From assembly GCA_964188305.1 (NCBI GenBank), contig OZ076887.1: a DNA stretch of 64,000 nucleotides; one strand, 5' to 3'. This DNA is from Podarcis bocagei (Eukaryota). Of this stretch, positions 37,164-50,359 are shown piece after piece. Within the stretch, counting starts at the first letter, position 1. Each line of letters opens with the position of its first letter. The position numbers were made by a program, and so were the translations under genes. The notes below the pieces were generated by a model, which was not told where the DNA came from, made no database searches, and saw nothing but the letters and a program-made list of their open reading frames with translations.

Positions 37164-37531
37164 GGGACGTGGGTGGCGCTGTGGGTAAAACCTCAGTGCC
37201 TAGGGCTTGCCGATCGCATGGTCGGCGGTTCGAATCCCCGCGGCGGGGTGAGCTCCCGTCTTTCGGTCCCAGCTCCTGCCCACCTAGCAGTTCGAAAGCA
37301 CCCTTAAGTGCAAGTAGATAAATAGGTACCGCTTTATAGCGGGAAGGTAAACGGCATTTCCATGTGCTGCGCTGGTGCTGGCTCGCCAGAGCAGCTTCGT
37401 CACGCTGGCCACATGACCCGGAAGTGTCTCCGGACAGCGCTGGCCCCCGGCCTCTTAAGTGAGATGGGCGCACAACCCTAGAGTCAGACACAACTGGCCC
37501 ATACGGGCAGGGGTACCTTTACCTTTACCTT
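37164..37531 (+). mobile_element. Sauria SINE, full length
   Basis: GGGACGTGGGTGGCGCTGTGG head, (ACCTTT)3 tail, TSD CTTTCTTTCACAA. Confidence 0.95.
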
Positions 37532-39171
37532 TCTTTCACAATGCCTTGGAGCTGGGGTCTGTCTCTTTCTGACCTTAATTAAGAGGTGGTACGTATTTGT
37601 GTGTTTGTGTAATTTTGCAGCTTCACATTAGCCTTTCTGTCTAGTGGTTGGTTGTGTCCTCCAACTGACCAATAGGCCTAACAATATGAGACTGCCTAGA
37701 CTGCTGCCTGCAGAGTTCTGAAGAGCTCAGGGTTGGTCTGTGGGTTTTGGAGTTTTTTTTCTAAAAAGCAGAGCAATATATGGATTTTTAAAAAACTTAA
37801 ACGAAAGTTTTAACTTTAAAAATAAAGCCTCCACAGCTGTGCTATAGAACTAAAAAGCAATATAGAGCTCTGCAGTGCCCTGCAGGCAACATTTTGGATA
37901 TCCTTACTTCTTGAAAAGCCCAAGGTCCAAGAGGAACATAGAGATATCACGGAAATACAGCACAGAAACAGAGCAATGAAGTGACACAAAACTTTGTGCC
38001 AATGCACACCATTAGTATAGTGCCACTGTCATCAGGTTATATTTGTTTCTTAAGTTTCCCACCTTTCCTCCAAAGAAGCCAGGGCAGAATTTTGCATCGC
38101 AGCCCAAGAAGCCCAGGGACCAAACTCCAAAGCACAACAGCTGTGCAGCTAGTTCCATCCTCCTGTTGTAACATCTGGATCAGGGTAGCATAAGGTTTTG
38201 CAGTTCTTTAACCACTGTCCTACACTGGCTGCTGATAACAGGGGCAGTGAAACCAAGAACTCTGTAGTGTAACGACACCAGACAAATTCTACTAGATGTT
38301 ATAGAGGGGGAGAGAGGAACAAGATCTGTGGCTGTCACTTACATTGGCAGCAATATGTTGACTGTGGCCCTGAAAGAGAGGGGATTATATGAGCAAGGCC
38401 ACTCACTGAGTTTTGTAGCTTAGTGGGAATTCAAAACCTGGAATGCTCTCACTTAGAAAAATCCACATTGTAGCCTCTAGTTCATGCTATCTCTGCTGAT
38501 TCATGATACGGGGCTAAGGATGACTGGGGCATTAAAGCAAATATTTAAACAGCTCTATGTTCTGATACAGGGCACCACCCTGATGTATCTAAAATCCTCT
38601 GTTAATGCAGAACTTTTCTGTTTATTTTACTTTACAATCCCTTTTGCAACATTTTCTGTTGGAAACAATTGTGTTAAAATCAAGACTGACGTCACGAGAC
38701 ACGGTTGTCAGAGTTGCTGAATCTGTACGTGAACCAACATGCAATTATTATTCTGCTCTTTGACTTGCAGGGGGTTAGATTCACAGCAGGCATTCAGTGA
38801 AAACCTGACAAACCTTTTCTGTTTGCTGCCCCTGCCCCCACCCATATCATTCTAGTCAGGGTAAGTTCAAATAATTAATATCTCCTTATCTCTCCTCTTC
38901 ACATGTAACCTTGGGATGATGGTATGCTGCTTTCAAAACCTTTGAGACTAAAAAAAAGTCTGAGGATAAGTAACTTCTGTAAGTAAAACAAGGCCTTAGT
39001 CAAATTGGAAAAATGCAGAGCAGACCATAGAGTTACTTTAAGGAAAAAAAGTATTATTTCTGTCAATTTACTTTTTAGGTTAGCCTTCACTTTGGGGGGG
39101 TTGCTTCAAAGTGCCTTTCAAGGTTATATTGTCACTCACAAAAGGTTCCTATGGTACCCATTCTACCTGAT

Positions 39172-39310
39172 CAGGGATGGGGAACCTGTGGCCCTCCAGA
39201 TATTGTTGGACTACAACTCCCATCATCCCAGGCCATTGCCCATGCTGGCTGGGGCTAATGAGAATTAGGAGTCCAATAACGTTTAGATGGCAACAGGTCC
39301 CCCAACCCAG
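39172..39310. mobile_element. hAT/URR1-like MITE
   Basis: cagggatggggaacctgt...ggactacaactcccatcatcc...caggtccccc; related remnants at ~48045-48152, ~58325-58385 and ~59970-60075. Confidence 0.75.
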
Positions 39311-40993
39311 TTCTAGGTAATTAAGCATTGCAGCATTTAATTATCTATTTGCTTACTTGTTTTATATCCCAAATTTTGCCTTTGTGTCCAGTTGAAGACC
39401 TGCAAGTAAAATGCCATTCTATTATTGTGCTGCAGTATTGCCAGAACGGCCAACCTAGAATCCTCTGATGCCAGACCCAGGTCCTATCTACTGGAGGAAG
39501 GGGAAAGGGCAAAGGTGTGCCTGCAGTAAATGAAGGTATCCTTTTTAGCCAGATCAGCAAGGAAGCTAGAGGCAAAAGCCTTAATGCAGTTCAGGATTTA
39601 TTAGCTGACACTGTAGCCTATTGGTGCAAGGAGTTTTCCTTGGCTAATCTCCTTAGTTTTCCCCTGTAGCCAGCATAAATTTCTGCCTAATCCCTGACTG
39701 CCATTCCTCAAGTCATCAGTTCAAGTGCTGCCTGGGGAGCAAGCCAATGTAAGTCTTGCCATCTTTGAACCCTGGTCCATTTCCGCTCTGCTTGCCTTCC
39801 TTGTACAGGTTATAATTACAGCGGTTGCAAAGCATTCATCTGTTACAACTGAGTTAGGACAGTAAACCAGTTTTAGATTATGTGGACAAGGTCAAACTTC
39901 AGTTGCACCAACCAGAGAGGAAATCAAGGATAGATGCAAGAATAATCATAGGGTAAACAAACAAATAAACAAATCTATACTAAATAGAGTATGGTATTAC
40001 AGTGTACCTTTCCTTATAATGTGGAGTAGGTTTTACACCACTACTGAAGCAGAGCATCAATAATTCCTGGAGTAGATGGTTGAAACAGTACAATTTCCCA
40101 TACTTTCAATACACATTCCTTTTTGTGTGCAGCAATGCTAGCATCTGACTTCAAATGGAACTGTAATGTTGAAGCCTCTTTTTTTACATTTTATATATGG
40201 AAATCAACAGAAATCTCATGGCACTTATCCAGTAGCTCCCAATGAATCCCACGAATATATCCATGTTTACATTAATGAGAAGGAAGAAGCCAATGATCAG
40301 TTGAGTAGCAAAAATCAGTATTTGACAACTGATACTGGTTTGTCAGTTTTAACTAGTAACTAGAGAATATTTTGATCTATAAATTATGCATTTTTCAGGC
40401 TCCTGAATTATTGCTGTGGATAAAGCTTCTTATCGCACTTGGTCTACTATGCCTTGCCATCATGGGTATTCATTAAGAACCTGGAGGCTTTTTCCTTTTT
40501 CCTTATTTGAAAATCATACATATTTAAGGTTATTTCAGTTCAAACAGGATTTGGTGAGAACCTGGAATAAATTGTCTTCTTGATATGCCAATTTTAATGG
40601 GAATTAACCCAGTAACTGGGTGAAATGACTGCACACAGATTTTGATCTTTGTTTTGTTTTTATTATTTTCCTTGAATAAATATGGTTCCTATGCTAGAAA
40701 CCTGCCAACACGATTAGGCAGAAGCATGACTGCAATACAGAAGCAGAAAAGCTGAAAGCAAGTCATGGGTGGCACAGGAAAGGAATATAGTTGCATTATA
40801 TTGCATACCCCTTCCATCTGTGACCACACCTGTCAACAGGGCAACTTCACACCAGGCCTACAGTAGATCTGGCACATGCTATTTCCCTCCCATGGACTTC
40901 AGTAAGAGGGAAGAATAGAATATTAAGCAAGCTGCCCATCCACATTGCATGAACTATGGAGAAAGGACACATTGCATCCAAAGAGAGCACTTC

Positions 40994-41484
40994 TGTTAGG
41001 ATTCTTTTCCCGTGTTGCAGTCATGGGATTGTTTTTATTACATGACGGTGTATGTTTTCATTCCACATTGTGGGAAGTCATGGAGACAGGATGTTTGTAT
41101 TACTGTGTTTCCATGATGTAGGACGTTTGTCCTTTCTTCTTTCTCTTTGCTGTCTGATGCTGAAGAGGAAGGAGCTGAGTTACGATGCTCCTAATGTGTA
41201 TATGTAAATAAACATAGTTTAGCCAAATGCTGCGCTACTGAGTCTGTACGCTGACTGCCTATACTCTGCTGATCCTGAAGTGTGCTGATGCCTCTAAGGT
41301 ATCAGTCGCTGTGATGTTCAGGCTGGAGAAAGATTTTGAATCTCCCGAAGGAAGGACCAGGAGGGAGAGAACATGCCAGTCGGGCATGTGTCTCTGCCAG
41401 ACTCCTACTTGTGTGTAGGACCTCCTGGCAAATATACAAAACAGCCTCCAGAACACAAACAGGAACCTCAACAGAATTCTAACG
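40994..41484 (+). mobile_element. Possible degraded solo LTR
   Basis: TGTTAG...CTAAC(G) termini with cttc on both flanks, internal AATAAA; boundaries uncertain. Confidence 0.4.
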
Positions 41485-42016
41485 CTTCTGTGCCTATAGC
41501 AGGTAGCCCTGCCTCAGGACTCCAAACACAAAACAGCACCCATCAGAGTTCAGCAGGACACCCCAGGATCCCAAGACACACATCTCCCCTCCATGGCTCC
41601 TCCTACCCTCCTTTACTACATGTGAATACTGTGTATTGTCTGAACCACATTGTTGGACCTCTGGCAAGCTCCGTTAGAGATGGGTAGCTGAATGCGTGAA
41701 CTGACTCCATTAAAAAAATATTGCCTTTGACATGAGGCAAGATGAAATTAAAGTTCACTTTCCTTGCGGTGAGCCATTCCCACATGGAAGTAATGGTTTG
41801 ATAATGCAGTTAAGTGATGAATATACATGCATACCCAGCTAAGCGGGTCTTCACTGATGGCTCGGTGGATCTAGAAATCACATCGCTGGATGCAACCCAA
41901 AAGCAAGCAAGAGTTGAATCTAAAGCTTTCATCAACGTACACAGCACACTAACTTGTAACTGAACATGCCTAAACACCTTATCCAAATTCATCTGCACAT
42001 TACTTTACATACATAC

Positions 42017-42465
42017 TGTCAGGGTACTGCCATCGGAACAGGGTAGGGAAGCAGAGGGGCAGTTGGGTTACAGGGAACCTCCGAAAATCTTGAGAAGCAG
42101 TTCCTCTTCCTGTGGTGGGGAAAGCCACACCTCCAGTAGGGAAGAGGGGAAGGGACCAGAGGATGCTGCTGCGAGCCTCAGCACCGCTCCTGGCCAAGCC
42201 GGCCAGGAGGGAAGCACGTCTCTTCCGTTGCCCACCCTGCGCAGAGGTGTAAAACGCAAAGAAGGAAGGAAAAGGCTGGGGGTAACTAAGCTCTTATGTT
42301 GGGGGAGGACCCGGAAACGACCACTCCCGGATTCTGCTAGCGATTGAGGCAGACGTGAACTTGTGGTTCTGCACTGTAAATAGTTTTGCACCAAACTAAA
42401 ACCTGTAAAAGACAGGTCAGTGTCCTGACTGGTTACTCACGAGCAACCACCATTGCCATCTGACA
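42017..42465. mobile_element. Solo LTR (449 bp), family distinct from X
   Basis: TGTCAG...CTGACA termini, 5-bp TSD CATAC inside a (CATA)n run, GC-rich body. Confidence 0.85.
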
Positions 42466-43455
42466 CATACATACCTACTTTTATTTGTATGGTACCTTTC
42501 CACAGTTCAAGCCATGCTCAAGGTGGCTTACAACGTGGGGAAAAAATACTTTAGATAAGACTAACATCAGCAAAAACTCAATTATCACAAAAATGAAGGA
42601 GAAATGAATAAAAAATGTAATATAAAATTATTCAACTTCCTATAGTGTTGAATTCCATCCCTACAATATGCATTCATGCTTTAATGAAGGGTTGTTTGCT
42701 TGTATTTTTAATGAGCAAGCTAAACAAATCCTTAAGATAGCAATTTAACATGTTCATCTCTATCTGCACTCTAGTGACATCCCATGGTAAAAATTATAAA
42801 TTGATCATATACTTGCTGAATGTTCTTTTTTCACACTACCAAACATGTCCAAAAAAACCCAAATCAACCCACCTAGCAGAACAAAGGTACACATATGCAA
42901 CCACAGTTAGAACCCTGTTGATGTTTTAACTACAGACCAACCGCACCTTTAGAATGAATAACTCAGGGAATTACTTGCCCTCGCATGCCACTTTTACTTA
43001 GCCAAGTAAGCACTGTCAACAAACAGCCTTTGTCTTCCTCCCATATGTGCTTCTTCACCGTGTATTTTTTTAAAAAAATAATAATAAATGGCTTAAACCA
43101 CAATAGTCTTTAACAATCGTAAATGCTTTGTGTTGAAAAGTGTTTTCCACATATTTCTAATACTTTTTAACCCTCGCTATATCAGCTTTCCCCCTCTTTG
43201 ACTCAAGAAAAGCCTCCCTTTCACTCTCTGCACTGGAGATCTGCTGTCCAGGTGCTGTCTAAACATCCTCACTTGCTGCTCTGGGAATGTGATTGGCTCA
43301 CTTATCCAAGCATTCTACTTTCTTATGAACCATTTCTCAGGGCACCTAACATACCAACTTGTATTGCCTCCTCTTTTAGTTAGGCAATTTTCAATCCAAC
43401 CCATTGTTTTTAACAGCTCTAGGAGACAGAAATTCAACAGCTGAAATCTCCAGTA

Positions 43456-43715
43456 CAGTCATACCTCATGTTACGCTTGCTTCATGTTACGTTCTTTCAT
43501 GTTACGTCCCACGGCAACACGGAAGCACTGGAAAGGGTTACTTCCAGGTTTCGCCGCTCGAGCATGCGCAGAAGTGCAAAATGATGTCACGCGCATGTGC
43601 AGAAGCGGCGAATCGCAACCTGCGTGTGCACAGATGGGCCGCTTCGGGTTGTGCTCTTTTCATGTTGCAAACGGGCCTCTGGAATGGATCCCGTTCGCAA
43701 CCAGAGGTACCACTG
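43456..43715. mobile_element. Tigger-like MITE
   Basis: TA-cagtcatacctc...gaggtaccactg-TA. Confidence 0.82.
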
Positions 43716-44348
43716 TATCTCATGTTGCATTTTTGCCTGTTTTACAGCTGTTAAAAGTAAAAATTTCTACCTGCAAAAAGCCCGACTTCTAGAAAGACTC
43801 ATCTGAAAGGCTGGGAAGATAGGTTTCTATGTAAACAGTAGCAGACTCAAAATATAACTGCCAGCTTGTCATACATATTTTTGGAAAGCTGGCTTATCTA
43901 GGCTGCTCCAATTAAAACAGAATCAAAACACATTGTTTTCCGTCTTTTTTCTATAGCTGGGGATATGCCTGTCAATTGACAGCTTAGTTTGCTATAATTT
44001 TGCCTGTTGTTGATTTGTTCTATTGATTGCAGGGTTGTGATGTTGTCAAGACACTTGGAATTTTGTAGAAGAAATAAAGATTGCTGGATAACCACACACA
44101 GAGAAGGCTTCCCACCATTGCTCTCGATTCAGAAAAAAGTTTCACATTTTTGCAACATCTAAAGATTATACAAAACAAATAGAATCTTAAATTAGAATTT
44201 TAATTAACTCTGCAATACTTAAATATACTAGTTTGGATATATAGAGCCCTTATTAAAATCAATGCAACTTATCTAAGAGTAAACAACTTCAGGATCTGGA
44301 CATTTATGTGAAATATAAAGATGTTTCAGTTTTACTAAATTTCTAATG

Positions 44349-46053
44349 CTATGTACGTGACACCACAGACTTTCTGAGGAAAATACAATCTTTAAATAAT
44401 CTTCCCAACAATACTATACTAGCTACTATGGATGTGGAATCTCTGTATACCAACATCCCACACAACGATGGTTTACAAGCTATAAGGAACACCATTTCAG
44501 ATAAAACCACAGCGGACCTTGCCACCAAACTCTGCCAATTTGTCCTTACCCACAACAACTTCAAATTCGGTGATGACCTGTTCCTTCAGATCAGCGGCAC
44601 AGCAATGGGCACCCGCATGGCCCCACAGTATGCCAACATCTTCATGGCAGATTTAGAACAACGTTTCCTAAACTCCTACCCACTCAAACCTCTCTTGTAC
44701 CTGCGATACATTGATGATATTTTTATCATCTGGACACATGGTCAACAGACCCTGGTCACCTTTCACCAGAAATTTAATGATTTTCACCCCACAATCAACC
44801 TAACAATGAATCAATCCATACAAGAAATACATTTTTTGGACACTACTATAAAAATACAGGATGGGCGCATAGACACCACCTTATACCGTAAACCAACTGA
44901 CCGACAAACATATCTACATGCCTCTAGCTACCATCCCAAACATACCAAACAGTCCATTGTATATAGCCAGGCACTACGTTACAGCCACATCTGTTCCAAT
45001 TCTACAGACAGAGACTCTCACCTAAGAGATCTACAGCAAACCTCTTTAGAACTAAAATACCCAGCAGATGAAGTTAGACAACAGATCAACAGAGCCAGAC
45101 TGATACCCAGAGAGAACTTGCTGCAAGACAGACCCAAAAAAGAAAACAACAGAACACCTCTAGTCATCACATACAGCTCCCAAGTTAAAACAGTACAACA
45201 CATCATCAGAGATCTACAACCTCTCCTGGACAATGACAGTTCTCTTTCTCAAGCTCTGGGAGGAAGACCTTTCATTGCCTACAGACAGCCACCCAATCTT
45301 AAACAACTCCTAACCCACAATAATACTACTACCAGACTTAACACGGACACTGGCACCAGAGCCTGCAATAAACCCAGATGCCAACTTTGCTGCCACATAC
45401 ACCCGGACAACACCATTACTGGCCCCAACAACATCACACATACCATCTCGGGACTATTTAATTGCTCATCATCTAACATTGTGTATGCCATCAAATGCCA
45501 ACAGTGTCCTTCAGCTCTCTATATTGGACAAACAGGCCAAACCTTACGCCAAAGAATAAACGGACATAAATCTGACATCAAGAATCACAAAACAGAGAAA
45601 CCAGTAGGAGAACACTTCAATCTCCCAGGACATTCTATACAAGATCTCAAAGTAGCTGTTTTACTACAAAGGAATTTCAGAAATAGACTGGAAAGAGAAG
45701 CTGCTGAATTGCAACTCATTACCAAACTCAAAACCATGGAGAGACCTGGTTTGAACAAAGACATTGGATTCTTATCTCATTATACATGACTAAGCCATTT
45801 TTCACCTTCTCACCCCTTGCCTTTTCCTGGAAGACCTATTGCAGTCGTTAAGAGTCGTCAACAGGCTCATCTCAGCTATCTGCCAATCACCCATTCCCAC
45901 CACCCTTCTGAGTAATACCCCTCCCCACCTTCTCACTATATAGAAGGACCTGGCAACTTCTGTTTCAGTGTATCTGAAGAAGTGTGCATGCACACGAAAG
46001 CTCATACCAAGAACTAACTTAGTTGGTCTTTAAGGTGCTACTGGAAGGAATTT
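44349..46053 (+). mobile_element. Penelope-like element, Neptune-like, 5'-truncated; open RT plus GIY-YIG ORF
   Basis: Frame open ~44350-45789: DVESLYTNI, GTAMG, YLRYIDD, FLD, CNKPRCQLC linker, IVYAIKC...YIGQT...R..GH...HF...E...GLN; 13-bp TSD TAAATTTCTAATG (44336-44348, 46054-46066). Confidence 0.95.
45970..46007 (+). ncRNA. Minimal type I hammerhead ribozyme in PLE terminal repeat
   Basis: GTAT-CTGAAGA-a-GTGTGC-at-GCACAC-GAAA-GC-TC|ATAC; stem I GTAT/ATAC; predicted cleavage after 46003. Confidence 0.88.
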
Positions 46054-48189
46054 TAAATTTCTAATGTGTAAGATCTTTTCTCTTCAGAATCTAATCTGGT
46101 TCCTCTTCTCATATTTTTCTTTCTCTTAAAGAAATAGATATTTATAATTTCTGTTTTACAGATGAGATTTCCATATATGACCATATTTACAAGCTTGAAG
46201 GAAATTGATCAATAAATAACAGAACAATTCAGATATGGCCTAAATCCAACACAGGTAACTGTTTAAGTCCACTGGAGGTCAATAGGCTTAACCATGCCTA
46301 ACTGTTATGAATTTAGGCCTATATTTATTGATCGATTTGGATTCCAGTGACTGAGAAGGATGACGTTTCCTTGGTTTTATTGATTATCCCAGAACATGAA
46401 GAATATGGAATACCTTCATAATGGAATAGAGGTGGGATGGTGGACATTTTTCAGTCCAAATGTCACATTCCCCCATGAGCAACCTTCACGGGTTGCATGC
46501 TAGGAATGGGCAGCACCAGAAGCATATCCAGTAATAGATATGACATTCCAGGCCTGCAAAAGTCAGGGGTATCTATACATAACATGCTCAACTCCATCCT
46601 GGCCCGCATGAAGCAGTCACAGCTAAGCACTCAAGGAGGTGGTGGAGCAAGCCTAGCTAGCATGGGATGGGGTTGAGGCCTAGAGAGACACCTAAAGCCT
46701 ACGTAGGGTGGAGGGACACATTCTGCCCTGTGCCTGAGATTTCTCATTCCTGGAACGGAAAACCGTTACTAATATTTCAATTTACAGACAGAAAACCAAG
46801 GATGGAAAAGAAGCAACTTCCGCAAGCCACTCAGCATGTCTATGGCCCAGTAAAGATCTAAAGGCAAGTCTCTCAGAACAAATGTTATTACTCTGTCAGC
46901 TGGACTGCCTAATGAAGTAAATGGAGCAACTCAGTTGGACGAGTTGTGCATGCATGTCTACCCCGGAGAGGTCAAACTTATTCCTACTAAATATACAAAC
47001 CATCCTGTACCACAATGCAAACCTCCTGCTCTGGCACCATATATTGCACTGTATTCAACATACAGTACACAAAATGGTGTGACAATTGCAAGCCAAATGA
47101 CATTGGGAAAGTTCTACTGAATGGCTAATAATCATCATTGACTGCAAAACCAATTTGCAGCATTTCTTCCAGCTTCTAAGCTTTGCTTCTCAGCCTCTCC
47201 TGCACTGATGTCTCTGTCTCTCTATATATACATCCTAAGAAGCGGAGTTACAGTGTCACTGTTATCTGTCACAAGAGGAGAGATTGTCAATAACTCTCCT
47301 GCTCAGTTGGTCCAATCACATCACATCAGTGAGCACATTTCCATTTCAAAAATTGCTGCTGGTGTTGAAGTTACTTCAAAAGAGACACAAGCACTGCTGC
47401 ACAGTATGAATTGGTATGAAAATGCCAACCTGACATGGCATGTTCCTGGATGTTTCAGACAGATTTTTCCAGATACATTTAGTTAAAATTGTATTTTAGG
47501 TTTGAAAAATAACTACATGTTCATCACTGAGCCAAATTGCCTTTTGCCTTGAGCCCAGAAGACATGGGCCTTTAATCATCCTCCAGTAGTTTATAGAGTA
47601 GGTTTTCAGTGAAATAAGCTTATTTGGTTTAGCTTGACAGCCACGGAATTACGCTTTGCACAATAAAGAGAAAAGATATTTTATTATCTGTTAGCTATGG
47701 CAAGCTTTCACTCACTGGTCAAAGATGAAGAACCAACCAGAGGTTTTCACTAACCCATACCAACAATCCATTTTGCAAGAAAATGGTCTGAATCAAGAGC
47801 CATGCTGTGGTCCATGGAGTTAATGAAATGCCAACATAGTATCACTTTTGGAAGCATTTAATTTTGAGAACAAATAACGGGTGAGCACAACTGGGTAAGA
47901 AAAAAGGAAATGGAAAAGATTCTCGGCCACTGAGCTATTACTGCTGTTGTTAAGGGAAAAGGATGGACACTGTCAAGGATGACAGTGTGTGTGTGTGTAC
48001 ATGTATTTATAGGACACTGCACTCTCATGTGTACCGTACCATAAGAGCTGGGAAATCTGTGGCCCTCCAGATGTTGTTGGCCTCCACCGGTCATGGATGA
48101 TGGGAGTTGTAGTACAACAACATCCAGATGGCATCAGGTTTCCCACCACTGCAGTACATAAATTGAAGTGAATAGAATAGAATAGCAGA

Positions 48190-48345
48190 CTTGCAATGTT
48201 TCTGAATACCAGTTGCTGGAAACCATGGGAGGGGAGAGTGATCTTGTGCCCATATTCTGCTTCCTGATTTCCCACGGTCATCTGGTTGGCCACTGTGAGA
48301 ACAGTATGTTAGATTCGATAGGCCATTGGCCTGATCCAGCAGACT
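48190..48345. mobile_element. Degraded CR1-type 3' UTR remnant
   Basis: catctggttggccactgtgagaacag...ggccattggcctgatccagcag; similar inverted remnants at ~23765-23845 and ~51845-51925. Confidence 0.55.
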
Positions 48346-50359
48346 ATTCTCAGGTTCTCTAGGAAGGGAGTTCCAAAGTCTGGGAGCTGCTACCAAAAAG
48401 GCTCTCTTCTGTGTCCCTATCAAGCATGTCTGATAGCAGGGACAGGTTCATATGAGGGAATACGGTATTTCTGAATAAGCACTTACACTAGTCCTTTTCT
48501 ACATCTAGCTTCCTGTAGGCATCTGGTTGTTCACTACTGGAAAAGGTTGATGGACTAGCCTTTGGTCTGACCTAACAGGGCTCCCAGGTTCTTCAAAATT
48601 TTGCTTTTAAAGGGGGGGGGAAACGAGATAGCACTCTCCAGAAATAAATCTCCATATTAGGGCACTACAAAAACAAAAGCCTAATTGCCTGTTGAAGTAT
48701 AGCTCAATACCAATCTTGACAGCAGGAATGTTGAAGAGCACTAATCAGTTACATAATTCTTCTCAAAAGAGCATGCTACAGTGATTAAATTAATTTATTT
48801 TATTCTTTGTTTATCTAATATCACCAGTGGCCACAACTTTAAGTCATAAACCATGATTAAGCAAATTAATCTGTGTTCCTCCCTTAGCTGAGCTGAGAAA
48901 CAAACTATGAAGTGGCTGACTTAACACCATGTCCAACAGAGCTCAAGCTTTGTTTCTCCCAAGCCTACCATGATCAAGAATACAGTTTAGGTTTTCCCAT
49001 GTTAAAGGGTATATATATATAAAAGAAGTCAAGAACAAACCTTGGCTTCAGATTGTGATTTGCTTGCACTAAGACAAACCACAAGTTTGCTGTTTCAGAC
49101 ATAATGGTAACCGAGCTGCTCAGTGGTTTGTTTCCCTGCTGGAGGAAGGAAGGAGACAAAGCGGGCTATTTTTTAAAAACTATGGATATATAGCTTAGTT
49201 TTATGCCTGAACACATGCCGCAAACAAGAAAGACAGGGACCTATAATTTAAATTTCAATAAAGGTAGAAACAACAGATGGAGAGAAGAATGATAGAGGCA
49301 AAGGCAACAAGAAAAGCATATGTATAAATTTATTTGTAGGTAAGGAAAGGAGAATCGTTTTGATAAGAGGAAAGCCTGTGGAAGAACAAAGAACAAAAAA
49401 GTATTTCTGTGAAAGACTTGTGTTAGAAATTCATATAGTGACCTTACTTCCAAAGAGTAGAAATGCACACACCGTATACATTTAGCTATTTAATTCAATA
49501 TCTTATGGACAGGTGTACAAAACAGATTTTAATAATATTTGGCACAAAAAATCTTTGTGTTAGCATACCACCAAAAAAAATCAAACTAAGACCAATGGCT
49601 TCACTAATGTATATAAATGACTGCCTGAAGGTTGCACAGATGCTCCACTGTACATCTGCAATGACTTTGTGGTCATTCTGAATAGTTCCCTTTCACAATC
49701 TGTTACAGTACGCTTGTTTCTGGTTCCCTGGCTTATGAAATAATCTTCATAACCAAATGACTTGCTGATAATTGCTTTGCTATCAGCTTGCTCTAAATAA
49801 AATGGATGATACTGCTTTGCCTTAAGAATTAGACCAGTCAGAGAACTGACAGTAGCATTTATGAAGATTATATACAAAGCAGATTAATGTATTTCTGAAC
49901 TCTAATATAGATTCTGGCCTCCAGCAGCAGCACATATATTTTCCCCTTCAACCTCGGTCAACCCCACTGCCTCAGACCACTAAATCGTGGAGCAATAAAT
50001 GGTAGCCAAATAAAATATTAGTCAAACACTTCTTGGGAGCAGCGAGATCCACTAAATGTCAGAAACATTAATTTTAGATTTAAACCAAGGATTTCCCCAG
50101 CTTGTGTCTTCACGTAGCTATAAATAGGAATCATTCATGAAAAAATGTTTCAAAAAGCTTTAAAATCATTTATATTTAGATAAGCTTCCCAGTCAATTAG
50201 AGAATCAGTCGCTACCCTAACTACTACACAGGCATGCCATCGCCTACCTGGTAACAATTAATAATATTAAAGAAACAGAATTTGAGGGAATAGGGAGGGA
50301 CCATGATATTTTGTTGCCTGAGGCAAAGACAAGATGGCACCACTTCCCCCTTCCATATA

